DNA of 64,000 nt from Nitrospinales bacterium (GTDB taxonomy: Bacteria; Nitrospinota; Nitrospinia; Nitrospinales; VA-1), in contig OZ253496.1 in the NCBI GenBank assembly GCA_965262115.1, positions 2,528,001 to 2,592,000 of the forward strand, given 5' to 3'. The notes beneath the pieces were generated by a model that saw only the letters and a program-made list of their open reading frames with translations, searched no databases and was not told the origin of the DNA. Position 1 is the first letter of the stretch, and every line of letters starts with the position of its first letter. A program made the translations under genes and the position numbers. This document shows positions 45,704 through 55,749 of this stretch, piece after piece.

Positions 45704-45845
45704 TTCGGGTTGCTTCCTCAACCAAATCCCCACCCTCACACAGTATCCCTTGTGATATAGTTCTGATCGGAGAATTTGTTGAGGCATTTAAATAGGTTTT
45801 CTAACTTGTAGTCAAGGAGAGATTTGATCCCTTGACTAAAGGATT

Positions 45846-46566
45846 ATGAAAAAACATTACATAATTGATGAGATTAAGCGGACTGCTAGAGAGAACGGAG
45901 GCAAGCCACTCGGTAAAATGAAATTTGCCAAGATAACAGGGATACAAAATCATAATTGGCTTGGAAAATATTGGGCAAGGTGGGGGGATGCTGTTAAAGA
46001 AGCGGGATATGAACCTAATAAGCTCCAGGGTTTATTATCTGATGATTTTCTAATTGAAAAAATTATTCCTTTTATAAAAGAACTTGGTAAATTCCCTGTA
46101 GCCGAGGAATTAAGAATGAGAGCAAGACACGTTAAGGATTTTCCAAGTCAAAGTGTTTTTTGTCGGGTTGGAAAGAAGCCAATGTTGGCCAAAAAGATAA
46201 TTGAATATTGTGAAAAGAAAGGTGAATTAGAGGAAGTAATAAATATATGCAGACCAATTTTAGTTGTAGATGAACTTGAATCAGATATTCCGGGCAAGTC
46301 TGAACCCGCTGACGGGTTTGTGTACCTCATCAAATCAGGGAGGTACTACAAAATTGGAAAAACTTATGATGTCGGAAGAAGAAAATATGACATAAAACTT
46401 CAGCTTCCAGAAGAAATCAAAGAGGTACAATGTAATACGCACCGATGACCCTAATGGGATAGAAGCATATTGGCATAACCGGTTTAAGGAGAATAGAAAG
46501 AAAGGTGAATGGTTTGTCCTTACCTCTGATGATGTCAAAGTTTTTAAAAAAAGAAAATTTATGTAG
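45846..46566 (+). pseudogene. T5orf172/MUG113-type GIY-YIG protein with N-terminal helical repeats, frameshifted
   Basis: GFVYLIKSGRYYKIGKT. Removing one A at ~46429 gives [28 protein letters not shown] ending at TAG 46564-46566. Confidence 0.8.
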
Positions 46567-46690
46567 TATTTATTCTTAATGGATGTCATATAGAGTGGTT
46601 TAGTTGCATGGTTCAACCCTCGCCTCCAAATACATTTTCTCGTGCAAATTGCGGGTTAACTGTTTGCTCATGCACAGGTGGGTTAGTGCG

Positions 46691-47638
46691 TTAGTGGTTA
46701 GCCACTTCTGCGCCGGATTGTTTTTCCAGGTTGGCGTGAAATTTTTTCCAGGGGGCTTGCAAGGCGGGAACAAGCTTTTCCTTCAATTCATCCGGGACGT
46801 AGTTGATTTTATCCGCCGGCCAGTCTTCCACATTCCGCACATCCAGGTTTTCTTTTCCGTAAGGGATTTGCAGGGCCTCTTCGAATCCATAAACCAAAGC
46901 GCTTGAATAAACCTTGTGATATTGCTCTTCAATTTCTTCTTCTGAATGCATTCCCTTAACAAGCTGTTCAAACAGCTCCTTGATGATGGGCGCGGCGTGT
47001 TCAATGAAATCTGGGGTCAAGGCGGAGTGCAGTGTGAAGTAGGTGATGAGCACATCCTGCAGCAGAAACTTTAGCTCCGAACTTTCTTTTTTGGGTGGGC
47101 GGGTGTTGATATTCAAAAGTTCCTTGAGGACTTTAATATTGCGGATCATGTCGTAGATGATCGACTCTTCCCAGGTTGCCTCATTCCACACGAAAAAGGC
47201 CCGCACGAAATTGGCTTTTTTCCTGGTGTCCCACATTTGCAGGGCAGTGGTGGGCCGCTCCTTGTTAGAGTAGGGGATGGCCTCTCCCCAACGCGGGTCC
47301 ACCAGGTTCAATCCATAGCGTTTAAAAGTAGTGCAAAATGTTTGCTGATAGATTTCCATCAAGCATTCAAAGTTTTCCACGCTGTTCAGAGGGCTGTTCT
47401 GCGGCAGGTTGACGATGGAATACAGGCGCACGACATTTGTTCTGGCTTGCCCGTCGTCCTGGGCAACCATATAGGAACCGCCCCACATGCCAGCTGTAAT
47501 GGGAACACTGATTTTATGCTGTTGCTTCATTTGTTGGGAAACAGAATCTCCAATGACCTTTAAAAGATTATGAAAATAATAAAGGTTTATTCGATTGTCT
47601 TTGGGATAAAGGTGCCCCGGAAGGATTTTATATTGCAT
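46691..47638 (-). CDS. Hypothetical protein, 315 aa
   Basis: Long ORF with protein-like composition; no family recognised. Confidence 0.8.
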   Translation of the reverse strand: MQYKILPGHLYPKDNRINLYYFHNLLKVIGDSVSQQMKQQHKISVPITAGMWGGSYMVAQDDGQARTNVVRLYSIVNLPQNSPLNSVENFECLMEIYQQTFCTTFKRYGLNLVDPRWGEAIPYSNKERPTTALQMWDTRKKANFVRAFFVWNEATWEESIIYDMIRNIKVLKELLNINTRPPKKESSELKFLLQDVLITYFTLHSALTPDFIEHAAPIIKELFEQLVKGMHSEEEIEEQYHKVYSSALVYGFEEALQIPYGKENLDVRNVEDWPADKINYVPDELKEKLVPALQAPWKKFHANLEKQSGAEVANH

Positions 47639-47718
47639 AACCTATAAATGATCAGGATTGAATCAAAAGAAAAAGCCAAATCTCGCCCTCCTATGAAGGG
47701 AGGCGGGATTGGGTAGCA

Positions 47719-47885
47719 AGCAAGGGCTCATCAAGCTGCCGATACCTGTTGCTAAACAGAGAAAGCCATTGCACGCTGGTTCCACGCCGAGTGGTCACTA
47801 ACCGTGATGGCAATAAGCATTAATTCATTAACCGTGAGCACAGTTGCCATGCTTTCGGCGGTCGCGTGAGCGTCACCGCCGCATT
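47719..47885. repeat. Mosaic dispersed repeat
   Basis: AGCAAGGGCTCA..GCTGGTTCCACGCCGAGTGGT parallels 54741-54814; 47854-47885 matches 11173-11204. Confidence 0.65.
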
Positions 47886-47904
47886 ACCTGCGGCCGTTCG
47901 GCCG

Positions 47905-49587
47905 CTAGTCGGTGACTGCACCTTTGCTGGCAGAGCCGACAAGTTTTGCGTATTTAGCCAATACACCCGATTGATATTTTATCTCTGGCGCGACGAACTC
48001 TTTTCTTCTTTGTTCAAGCTCTTCGTCGGACAATTTTACGTTTAGCTGGTTGCGTTCGATATCGATGATAATGGTATCGTTGTCTTTGATGAGAGCCAGC
48101 GCTCCACCCAGTTGAGCCTCGGGTGCGATATGTCCAACAACGATTCCATAGGTTCCTCCGGAAAACCGGCCATCGGTGATGAGTGCGACTTTATCACCCA
48201 GGCCTTTACCTACAATAGCAGAGGTAGGTGCCAGCATTTCTCGCATGCCGGGTCCGCCTTGCGGGCCTTCAAAACGAATAACCACGATATCGCCTGCTTG
48301 AACACGGTTATCGAGAATGGCATCCAGGCATTCCTCTTCTGAATTGAAGACACGCGCCGGGCCGGTGAAGTTCTGGGCTTTAACACCCAAAATTTTTGCG
48401 ACCGACCCTTCCTGGCAGAGGTTGCCCCTGAGAATGACTAAATGGCCTTCTGTCGATTTTGGCCGATCCAGCGGCAGAATGACATCCTGATCTTTTCTGG
48501 GTTGGTCGGGGACATCCTTCAGGTTTTCAGCGATTGTTTTTCCGGTCACGGTCAGGCAGTCGCCATGCAGGAGCCCGGCGTTCAACATCATCTTCATCAC
48601 TTGCGGAATGCCACCGGCATGGTGCAGGTCGATGGCAACATATTTTCCTGACGGTTTCATATCGCAAAAGACGGGAACCTTTTTCCGAATTACTTCAAAA
48701 TCATCTATGGACAACTGAACTCCAGCGGAGTGGGCGATAGCCAGGAGATGTAAAACTGCATTGGTGGAGCCGCCGACAGCCATAACGATCGCGATGGCAT
48801 TTTCGAAGGCCTCCCGTGTCATGATGTCTTGAGGAAGGATATTTTTCTCGATCGTATTTAAAAGAGCTTTCGCACTTTGCCCGGTGCTGATTTCCTTATC
48901 CTTGTCTTCATTGGCCATGGTGGAACTGTGGGGCAGGCTCATGCCCATAGCTTCAAAGGCGGAAGACATTGTGTTAGCGGTAAACATCCCCCCGCAAGAG
49001 CCAAAACCCGGGCAGGCATTTTTTTCGATATCAGTGAGTTCATTCTGGTCAATGGTGCCGGCGCCAAACTGTCCCACCGCTTCAAATACACTGACAACGG
49101 TCAGATCGCTGCCATCGAGGTGACCGGGCTTGATAGTGCCGCCATAAACAAAGAGTCCGGGAATATTCAATCGTGCCATGGCAATCATCGCTCCCGGCAT
49201 GTTTTTATCGCAACCGCCTATGCAAAGGACTGCGTCCATGCTGGCGCCGCGGCAAACGGTCTCTATGGAGTCGGCAATCACCTCGCGGCTGACCAGAGAG
49301 CATTTCATTCCTTCTGTTCCCATGGAGATACCATCACTGACCGTGATGGTTCCGAACATCTGTGGCATGCCGCCACTTTTTCGGATTTGGGCCGAAGCGA
49401 TGTCGGCCAGTTTGCCTAGTCCTGCGTTACAAGGAGTGATTTTGCTCTGCCCATTGGCGATTCCAATGATGGGTTTGTCGAAATCTTCATCCGTGAACCC
49501 TAACGCTCTCAGCATGGCGCGGCTGGGGGCTCGCCGGTCCCCCTGTGTGATAGATCGGCTTTTTATGTTCAGAGGTTGGGGTGTCAT
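47905..49587 (-). CDS. ilvD: Dihydroxy-acid dehydratase
   Basis: [50 protein letters not shown]. Confidence 0.98.
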   Translation of the reverse strand: MTPQPLNIKSRSITQGDRRAPSRAMLRALGFTDEDFDKPIIGIANGQSKITPCNAGLGKLADIASAQIRKSGGMPQMFGTITVSDGISMGTEGMKCSLVSREVIADSIETVCRGASMDAVLCIGGCDKNMPGAMIAMARLNIPGLFVYGGTIKPGHLDGSDLTVVSVFEAVGQFGAGTIDQNELTDIEKNACPGFGSCGGMFTANTMSSAFEAMGMSLPHSSTMANEDKDKEISTGQSAKALLNTIEKNILPQDIMTREAFENAIAIVMAVGGSTNAVLHLLAIAHSAGVQLSIDDFEVIRKKVPVFCDMKPSGKYVAIDLHHAGGIPQVMKMMLNAGLLHGDCLTVTGKTIAENLKDVPDQPRKDQDVILPLDRPKSTEGHLVILRGNLCQEGSVAKILGVKAQNFTGPARVFNSEEECLDAILDNRVQAGDIVVIRFEGPQGGPGMREMLAPTSAIVGKGLGDKVALITDGRFSGGTYGIVVGHIAPEAQLGGALALIKDNDTIIIDIERNQLNVKLSDEELEQRRKEFVAPEIKYQSGVLAKYAKLVGSASKGAVTD

Positions 49588-49659
49588 CTTTATTTCCTGA
49601 TGGTGTCTTTTATTAATAGAGCTTACTGCTCTGTTTTATTCAACGCTTATAGAGCGGGA

Positions 49660-51291
49660 CTATATTTCCGGCGCTGAAATGGCATTGACGGTGGGACGGC
49701 AAAAATAGCCGTCTTCATTTTGAGAATACGCTATGGCGTAGTATACAGGATTTGCAGCTACTTGTAAAATGGCTTGCGAACCGGATATCTCAATTTCATG
49801 ATCGAAGGGAATGACCGGTGTTTTTCGGTCTTTTTTCCAGGTTTTGCCTGGGGATTTTGGGGACAAAATTTCAGGCAGGCGAAACGACCTTTGGGCATAG
49901 AGATAGTCGAGCTTCAGGAGATCCTGCTCCATAGAAGTGGGAGCCTGATAAAATGTGTCCCGGAAAATGCGGTAATGCTCATCCAGAAAAACAGGGTTCA
50001 TCAATAGTCCGCGAGCATCATGATGTTCCAGCAAGCGGTTGAACAGGGTTACGGGGTCCATTTTTCCGAGTAGGTAGTGGATGGAAAAACGGAATCGCTT
50101 GGAATTGTAATAGCGGTCGAAAATATCTTCGAATTGTTTCAAATACAAAACTTCTTCGGCCGATAGATTTCGGTGCGAGATCAGTTCATAAGGGGGAGTG
50201 GATTGGTAACGGTAGTGTTCCTTCTCTATAAGGTTGTTGATGGGAGCACCGGGAAGAAATTTCAGAAAACCCAATTGTAATTCGTGGGGTCTCAGCGCCA
50301 TCACCCGGGAGAAAGATTGCCGGATATCTTCCAGGCTTTCTCCGGGCAGTCCGAATATCAGGTCGCAGTGAAAATGAATGCGGTCTTGATCCACCAACTG
50401 TTTAATGGTCTCAAAAAGTTTTTCGTTGTTCTGTTTTCTTTGAATGGTCTCCTGAACCGGCTCTGTGGTTGTTTGAATGCCGATTTCAAATTGAAACATT
50501 CCTGGGGGCACTGTTTTCAGAAAATCCAGAACTTCGGAAGTTAAAATATCTCCCACCACCTCAAAATGAAATTCGTTGCCTTTGAATTGAGTCAACCACT
50601 GCATCAGCTTTTTCATGCGTCCGGGTTTTAGGTTGAACGTACGGTCGACGAATTTAATTTTTTGAATGCCAGCGGTTACAAGTTCTTTAATCTGGCTCTG
50701 GATGATTTTTTCATCGAAGTAGCGCACCGTTTTGTCCAACGCCGATAAACAGAACGAACAAAGGTAAGGGCATCCTCTGGATGTTTCAAAATACACGATT
50801 CGGTTTTTCAGGTGCGGGAAATCTTCTTTCAGGTAAGCGGGGATGAGTTCTGGCAGATCGGTGCCATAGGTCCGCCAGCGTGTAAGTACCTTCTCGGAGG
50901 GGGTCTTCTCTTGGCAGGTCAATTCCAGAAACTCCAGCCATTTTTTTTCTCCCTCGCCGGAAATTACCTGGAAGGGCAGGGAATTGTCTTTTTCAAACGA
51001 TACCTCCGGTCCTCCCAGGGCAATTTTAAGGTGGGGCATTTGTTTTTGCAGGCGCTCGATCAACTCCAGGCTCTGGCTCCGGTTCCAGATATAAATGCCA
51101 ACGCCCAATACCTCAGGCTTAAGTTTCTGAATCTCTGCGGCAATTTTCCAGACCGGCTGGTTGATGACAAACTCCCGGATCCATACATTCTGATAGCCTG
51201 CATTTCGGCTGGCGTTTCTCAGATATCTTAAACTCAGCGAAGAGTGAATGAATTTTGCGTTGAGCGTTATGAGTCCAATAGAACGTTTCAC
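49660..51291 (-). CDS. B12-binding radical SAM protein (DUF4080-type C-terminus)
   Basis: NAKFIHSSL, YIWN, GGPEVS, SRGCPYLCSFC, VDRTFN, FEIGIQT. Confidence 0.9.
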   Translation of the reverse strand: MKRSIGLITLNAKFIHSSLSLRYLRNASRNAGYQNVWIREFVINQPVWKIAAEIQKLKPEVLGVGIYIWNRSQSLELIERLQKQMPHLKIALGGPEVSFEKDNSLPFQVISGEGEKKWLEFLELTCQEKTPSEKVLTRWRTYGTDLPELIPAYLKEDFPHLKNRIVYFETSRGCPYLCSFCLSALDKTVRYFDEKIIQSQIKELVTAGIQKIKFVDRTFNLKPGRMKKLMQWLTQFKGNEFHFEVVGDILTSEVLDFLKTVPPGMFQFEIGIQTTTEPVQETIQRKQNNEKLFETIKQLVDQDRIHFHCDLIFGLPGESLEDIRQSFSRVMALRPHELQLGFLKFLPGAPINNLIEKEHYRYQSTPPYELISHRNLSAEEVLYLKQFEDIFDRYYNSKRFRFSIHYLLGKMDPVTLFNRLLEHHDARGLLMNPVFLDEHYRIFRDTFYQAPTSMEQDLLKLDYLYAQRSFRLPEILSPKSPGKTWKKDRKTPVIPFDHEIEISGSQAILQVAANPVYYAIAYSQNEDGYFCRPTVNAISAPEI

Positions 51292-51351
51292 ATCCGGCCC
51301 CTGTCCTGTGTTGAGAATATTACAACATCATACCACTCGGCCCTCTGGCGA

Positions 51352-51519
51352 GAGACCTTTGCATAAGTCAAAAAATCGAAGAATCGAGATGCTTCGAGAT
51401 ACCCCTGCGGGGCAAGAATTCAAAGGTCAAATATCACTAGCTCAGCATGACAATACTGGGCCATTTTGTCATTCTGAGGAGCTATTGCAACGAAGAATCT
51501 TGGGTTATGCAAAGCTCTC
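51352..51519. mobile_element. MITE copy B with one inserted Z unit
   Basis: Same TIRs and interior as copy A plus a 39-bp insert (51399-51437); flanks CTCTGGCGA / TCTGGCGA. Confidence 0.85.
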
Positions 51520-51689
51520 TCTGGCGAGGGAGGCAAATATCGATCATTTTATATCCCTCCGGGGCACGAAAGTTTAGGAAGAATATCACGTCAGGCTGGT
51601 AAAGAGTTTTCTCGGTTTAGGTGGTCGTGTGTTATGTCCCCTCGCTAGCCTTCATGCTCTGGTGGGGTATCAGCGTTACCGCCACATTG

Positions 51690-52517
51690 TCATCGGCCAC
51701 TGGCCGATTGGCAGGTTTTGCAGAAAAAAGTGGAGCGGCCTGAATGAATCAGGCGGGATATGGGGGTTTTGCATTTTGCACAAGGTTTGCCCTCTTTGCC
51801 GTAAACAGACAGTTTCACCGCATAATATCCTGCCGAACCGTTGGGGTCGAAGAAATTGCGTAAGGTGGTTCCTCCTGCGGAAATGCTGTCTTCCAGGGTG
51901 GAACTTATGCAGGAGATGAGCCGGTCCCATTCTGTGAGGGTGATTCTCCCGGCTTTCCGTTTAGGGTTAATGCCCGCCAGGTATAAGGATTCGCAGGCGT
52001 AAATGTTGCCGATTCCAGCGATGCGCCGCGCATCCATGATGAAGGTTTTGATGGGCGACCGGCAGTTTTTGGCGCGGTTTTTTAAGGCCGTGGCGTTGGT
52101 TTCCGGTGCGAAGGGATCCGGTCCCATTTTATCCAGTAAAGGGTGTTTTCCGTTTTCTGGAACCCAGAGTATGCAGCCAAAACGCCTCGGGTCGATAAAG
52201 TGCAGAAAGGTTTCGGGGCCGAACTGGAAAATAGCGTGCGTGTGTTTTTCCCGCGGGTTCATCGAGGTCTGCAGGGCAACACGTCCGCTCATACCCAGGT
52301 GCCAGAGCATCGCCCCTTTGGGAACTTTCAGGAGCAGGTATTTTCCGTTGCGTTGGATTTGGGATACTATCTGGTTCTCGAAATGTTTACGCAAAGTGGT
52401 CTGGGGAATGGGAAAGCGGATGTCTTTGCGGTAGAACTTTAGGGCGGTGCAGGTTTTGTTGACGATAAGAGGAAGAAGTACCCGTCTCAGGGTTTCGACT
52501 TCAGGAAGTTCGGGCAT
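51690..52517 (-). CDS. mutM: Formamidopyrimidine-DNA glycosylase
   Basis: MPELPEVE start, HLGMSG, DPRRFG, GIGNIYACE, C-terminal CAKC/CKTC finger. Confidence 0.97.
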   Translation of the reverse strand: MPELPEVETLRRVLLPLIVNKTCTALKFYRKDIRFPIPQTTLRKHFENQIVSQIQRNGKYLLLKVPKGAMLWHLGMSGRVALQTSMNPREKHTHAIFQFGPETFLHFIDPRRFGCILWVPENGKHPLLDKMGPDPFAPETNATALKNRAKNCRSPIKTFIMDARRIAGIGNIYACESLYLAGINPKRKAGRITLTEWDRLISCISSTLEDSISAGGTTLRNFFDPNGSAGYYAVKLSVYGKEGKPCAKCKTPISRLIHSGRSTFFCKTCQSASGR

Positions 52518-52561
52518 GGGTGTAAATGAGGGCCTTGCAAAAATAGCGCAGGGCAAACATA

Positions 52562-53176
52562 TTATTCCTCACCCTCAACATTTTCTTCTTTTGGAGTTGG
52601 CGTCTCTTTACCGGGTTTTTTGGCGGTCACTACTTTTGCAGAACGAAGAATCCGCCCATTCAAAATATAGCCTTTGGAATATTCCTGCATGACGGTGTTT
52701 TCGTCATGCTCTGCAGATTCCATCTGGGTCATGACCTCATGCAGGCTTGGGTCAAAAGGTTTTCCCATAGCTTCAATCGGTTCCACCTTCTGGTTTTTGA
52801 GAAACGTGGTGAATTGTTTCTGAATCATTTCCACGCCGTCCTTTAAAGTCTGCAGGGAGGCATTGGGGGCGTTCAAGGCTCTCTCCAGATTGTCGTCAAT
52901 TTGCACCAACTCTTTCAGGAGTCGCTCGTTGGCAAACTGAACGGCATCTGCCTTTTCCTTGACCAATCGTTTGCGGAAATTTTCAAGATCGGCTTTTTCC
53001 CTCAGGAAATCATTTTTTTGTTCGGCAAGTTCCAGATCTTTTTTCTTTAATTGTTCCTGCAGCTCTTCGATAGGGTCTTTGGCCTCTTCGGTAGGAGCGT
53101 CTTCCTCAGGATCGAGGACTTCTGGATCCAGAACTTCCGGATTTTCTTCTTGTGTTGATTTTTCTTTAGATGTCAC
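52562..53176 (-). CDS. grpE: Nucleotide exchange factor GrpE
   Basis: ADLENFRKR, DNLERAL, FDPSLHE, KGY..RILRSAKV. Confidence 0.96.
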   Translation of the reverse strand: MTSKEKSTQEENPEVLDPEVLDPEEDAPTEEAKDPIEELQEQLKKKDLELAEQKNDFLREKADLENFRKRLVKEKADAVQFANERLLKELVQIDDNLERALNAPNASLQTLKDGVEMIQKQFTTFLKNQKVEPIEAMGKPFDPSLHEVMTQMESAEHDENTVMQEYSKGYILNGRILRSAKVVTAKKPGKETPTPKEENVEGEE

Positions 53177-53180
53177 CTTT

Positions 53181-54242
53181 TCAAACTCCCTGATTTTCAG
53201 AAATTAACTTGGAAACCATTTTTGCAGTATGGTTCACAATAGAAATAATACGTTTGTAGTCCATTCTTTTGGAACCGAAAACAGCCAGTGTGCCAAAATT
53301 GTTTTGCCTCAACTGATAATTTTGCGCGATCAAACTGCAGTCCCCCATTTCTTCCTGCAGGTTTTCCTCGCCGATCAATATGGTCATTCCATCATGGTGC
53401 AGACAAAGGTCGAGCAAGTTGATCAACTTGGTTTTCTCTTCAAGCGTCACCAGAAGAGCTTTGATTTTGCTGATATCTTTGGTGAACTCAGGTTGGTCGA
53501 GAAAATTTAAGGAGCCTTCCACAATCAGTTCGTTATCTTCCTTTTGTTCCGCAAACAGGGCCGAGGAAAGGGCATGGGCTTTTCTGGCAAGGTTATTATA
53601 GTGTTCCTTTTCAAGCTTCAACCGTTTCAGCAATTCCCGTCGGATCCACTGGATCGGTTTTCCACTGAACTCACTATTCAGGTAATTAGAAATAGAGGTC
53701 AGTTGATCCTGGGTCATATCAGAATCAATGGGCAGCACTTTGTTTTGCAGAATGCCTTGTTCGGAGAAGAAGACGGCCAACGCCGCCTGAGGGCCCACTT
53801 TGGTAAATTCAATATGTTTGAAACAAGCGCTCGAAAAACTGGGCAGCATGACCAGCCCTGTTTGCTGGGAAACTGTAGACAGGTTTTCGCAGGCTTGCTC
53901 AAGCAGTCCTTGAAGATTTTGTTTGCCGAGTGGGTATTCTAGCTCATGGGTGTCCGACAGCACTTCGGCTTTCATTAAAAAGCTTTGCGGACGCAGGAGG
54001 TGGTTCACATAAAACCGGTAGCCTTTATCCGTGGGAATCCGACCCGCTGACGTATGCGGTTGGCTTAGAAAACCCTTTTCCTCTAAATCTGCCATCACGT
54101 TTCGGAGCGTGGCGGGACTGAGGTGTTCAGGGTGAATCTTGGCCACGGTGCGAGAACCCACCGGCTCGGCGGACTCGATATATTTATCGATGACCGCTAA
54201 AAGAACGACTTTGCTTCTTTCATCTAATAAAGATGAGTTCAT
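53181..54242 (-). CDS. hrcA: Heat-inducible transcription repressor HrcA
   Basis: EPVGS, SPATLRNVMADLE, QPHTSAGRIPTDKGYRFYV, RMDY. Confidence 0.97.
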   Translation of the reverse strand: MNSSLLDERSKVVLLAVIDKYIESAEPVGSRTVAKIHPEHLSPATLRNVMADLEEKGFLSQPHTSAGRIPTDKGYRFYVNHLLRPQSFLMKAEVLSDTHELEYPLGKQNLQGLLEQACENLSTVSQQTGLVMLPSFSSACFKHIEFTKVGPQAALAVFFSEQGILQNKVLPIDSDMTQDQLTSISNYLNSEFSGKPIQWIRRELLKRLKLEKEHYNNLARKAHALSSALFAEQKEDNELIVEGSLNFLDQPEFTKDISKIKALLVTLEEKTKLINLLDLCLHHDGMTILIGEENLQEEMGDCSLIAQNYQLRQNNFGTLAVFGSKRMDYKRIISIVNHTAKMVSKLISENQGV

Positions 54243-54290
54243 GGCATCAGGCGATGTTGAAAGGTTTTCGGAATCCTATCCACTCCAGCT

Positions 54291-54319
54291 AAACTATCAA
54301 TCAACAAAAATTTTGTCAA
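54291..54319 (-). promoter_or_regulatory. Sigma-70-type promoter for hrcA-grpE-mutM
   Basis: TTGACA-N17-TAGTTT, ~50 nt upstream of hrcA. Confidence 0.55.
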
Positions 54320-54365
54320 TATTTACCCACCCACTGCGTGGGTCTCATTGCAATAGCGTTAATAG

Positions 54366-54777
54366 GCTAGCAACGGGTTCTCTCGGCTTGTTATGACCCT
54401 CCTCAGCTCTCATACCCCGGAAGGGGTATAACGACTTGCCAGTTGCCTCCATGGCTAGCGGCCCTCTGGCGAGAGACCTTTGCATAACCCCGAGATTACC
54501 CCTGCGGGGCGCGAAGTTTAAGAAAAAATATCACGTCTTCGTCACGTTGTTCCTCAGAATGACAAAACAGCCCTTTATTGTCATGCTGAGCTAGTGATAT
54601 TTGACCTTTGAATTCATGCCCCGTAGGGGTATGTGATATCCTCTTCATTAAACTTCATGCCCCGTAGGGGTATCTCGAAGCATCTCGCTTTTCTGCTTTA
54701 TCGACTTACGCAAAGGTCTCCTCTGGCGAGGGAGGCAATGAGCAAGGGCTCACTAAGCCGAGAACCGGGTTGCTAGC
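54366..54777. repeat. Multi-layer nested repeat cluster
   Basis: Outer inverted pair 54366-54390 / 54754-54777; inner TTGCCTCC..GGAGGCAA element; MITE C; Z units. Confidence 0.75.
54473..54720. mobile_element. MITE copy C (inverted relative to A/B) with three inserted Z units
   Basis: Ends GAGACCTTTGCATAA / TTACGCAAAGGTCTC; exact 9-bp duplication CTCTGGCGA (54464-54472 and 54721-54729). Confidence 0.85.
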
Positions 54778-54816
54778 AGTAAAAGGTTGTTGTGCTGGCT
54801 CCACGCCTAGTGGTGG

Positions 54817-55722
54817 CTACGCCGGTTTCAGGTCTTTGGCTTTTTCCACGATCTGAGTTCCAATACCTTCCTCAGTAAAAATTTCCAGTAACAGGGCGTG
54901 CCGAACACGGCCGTCAATAATGTGGGTTTTGTGCACTCCGGACTTGAGAGCTTCCAGGCAACAATTGACTTTTGGCAGCATTCCATTGCGAATGACCTTG
55001 CTTCGGATCATATAAGAAGCCAGTTTTCGGGTAAGGCCGGATTGCAGTTTCCCGGATTTATTTTTGACTCCCTCGGTATCGGTCATTAAAACCAGTTTTT
55101 CCGCTTTCAGGGCTGAGGCGATTTGAGCGGCGACAAAGTCGGCGTTGATATTGAGTGTTTCCCCATTCTCCCCTTTGCCGATCGGTGCGATAACGGGGAT
55201 GAATTCATTCTGATCCAGGGTTTCCAGAATCCGCGGATTCACTTTAGTGATCTCGCCGACCAGTCCCAGGTCAATAATTTCCGGGCGATCTGTCTCCGGC
55301 GAATGCTTCACCCTTTTATGTCGTTTTGCCAGAATCAGGTCGCCGTCTTTGCCAGTGATGCCTACTGCACTGCCCCCCTGATGGTTGATCAGGGAAACAA
55401 TTTCCTTATTCACTTTTCCTCCAAGCACCATTTCCACCACGTCGATGGTTTCCTTGTTGGTGACACGTTGCCCTTCGACAAATTGCGATTTAATTCCCAG
55501 TGCCTTGAGAGTTTTGTCGATCTGCGGACCGCCACCGTGAACCACGACCGGGTTGATGCCGATGTATTTCATCATGACGATATCGAGGGCAAAGTTTTTC
55601 TTGAGATCGTCCGAAACCATGGCATTGCCACCGTATTTAATGACGATGGTTTTACTGTAGAAGCTCTTGATGTAAGGCAGAGCTTCTAAAAGGATTTCTG
55701 CTTTATGGATGAGTTTTTTCAT
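54817..55722 (-). CDS. argB: Acetylglutamate kinase
   Basis: EALPYI, VIKYGGNAM, VHGGGPQI, NINAD, GMLPKV. Confidence 0.97.
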   Translation of the reverse strand: MKKLIHKAEILLEALPYIKSFYSKTIVIKYGGNAMVSDDLKKNFALDIVMMKYIGINPVVVHGGGPQIDKTLKALGIKSQFVEGQRVTNKETIDVVEMVLGGKVNKEIVSLINHQGGSAVGITGKDGDLILAKRHKRVKHSPETDRPEIIDLGLVGEITKVNPRILETLDQNEFIPVIAPIGKGENGETLNINADFVAAQIASALKAEKLVLMTDTEGVKNKSGKLQSGLTRKLASYMIRSKVIRNGMLPKVNCCLEALKSGVHKTHIIDGRVRHALLLEIFTEEGIGTQIVEKAKDLKPA

Positions 55723-55749
55723 GGATAGTTTGTCTGCGGAGATTTTCCG

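Noticed and set aside
54594..54673. Mini-CRISPR (repeat plus variable spacer)
   Set aside because: Two units only, spacers about 12-14 nt, no cas genes, and the unit is dispersed singly elsewhere.
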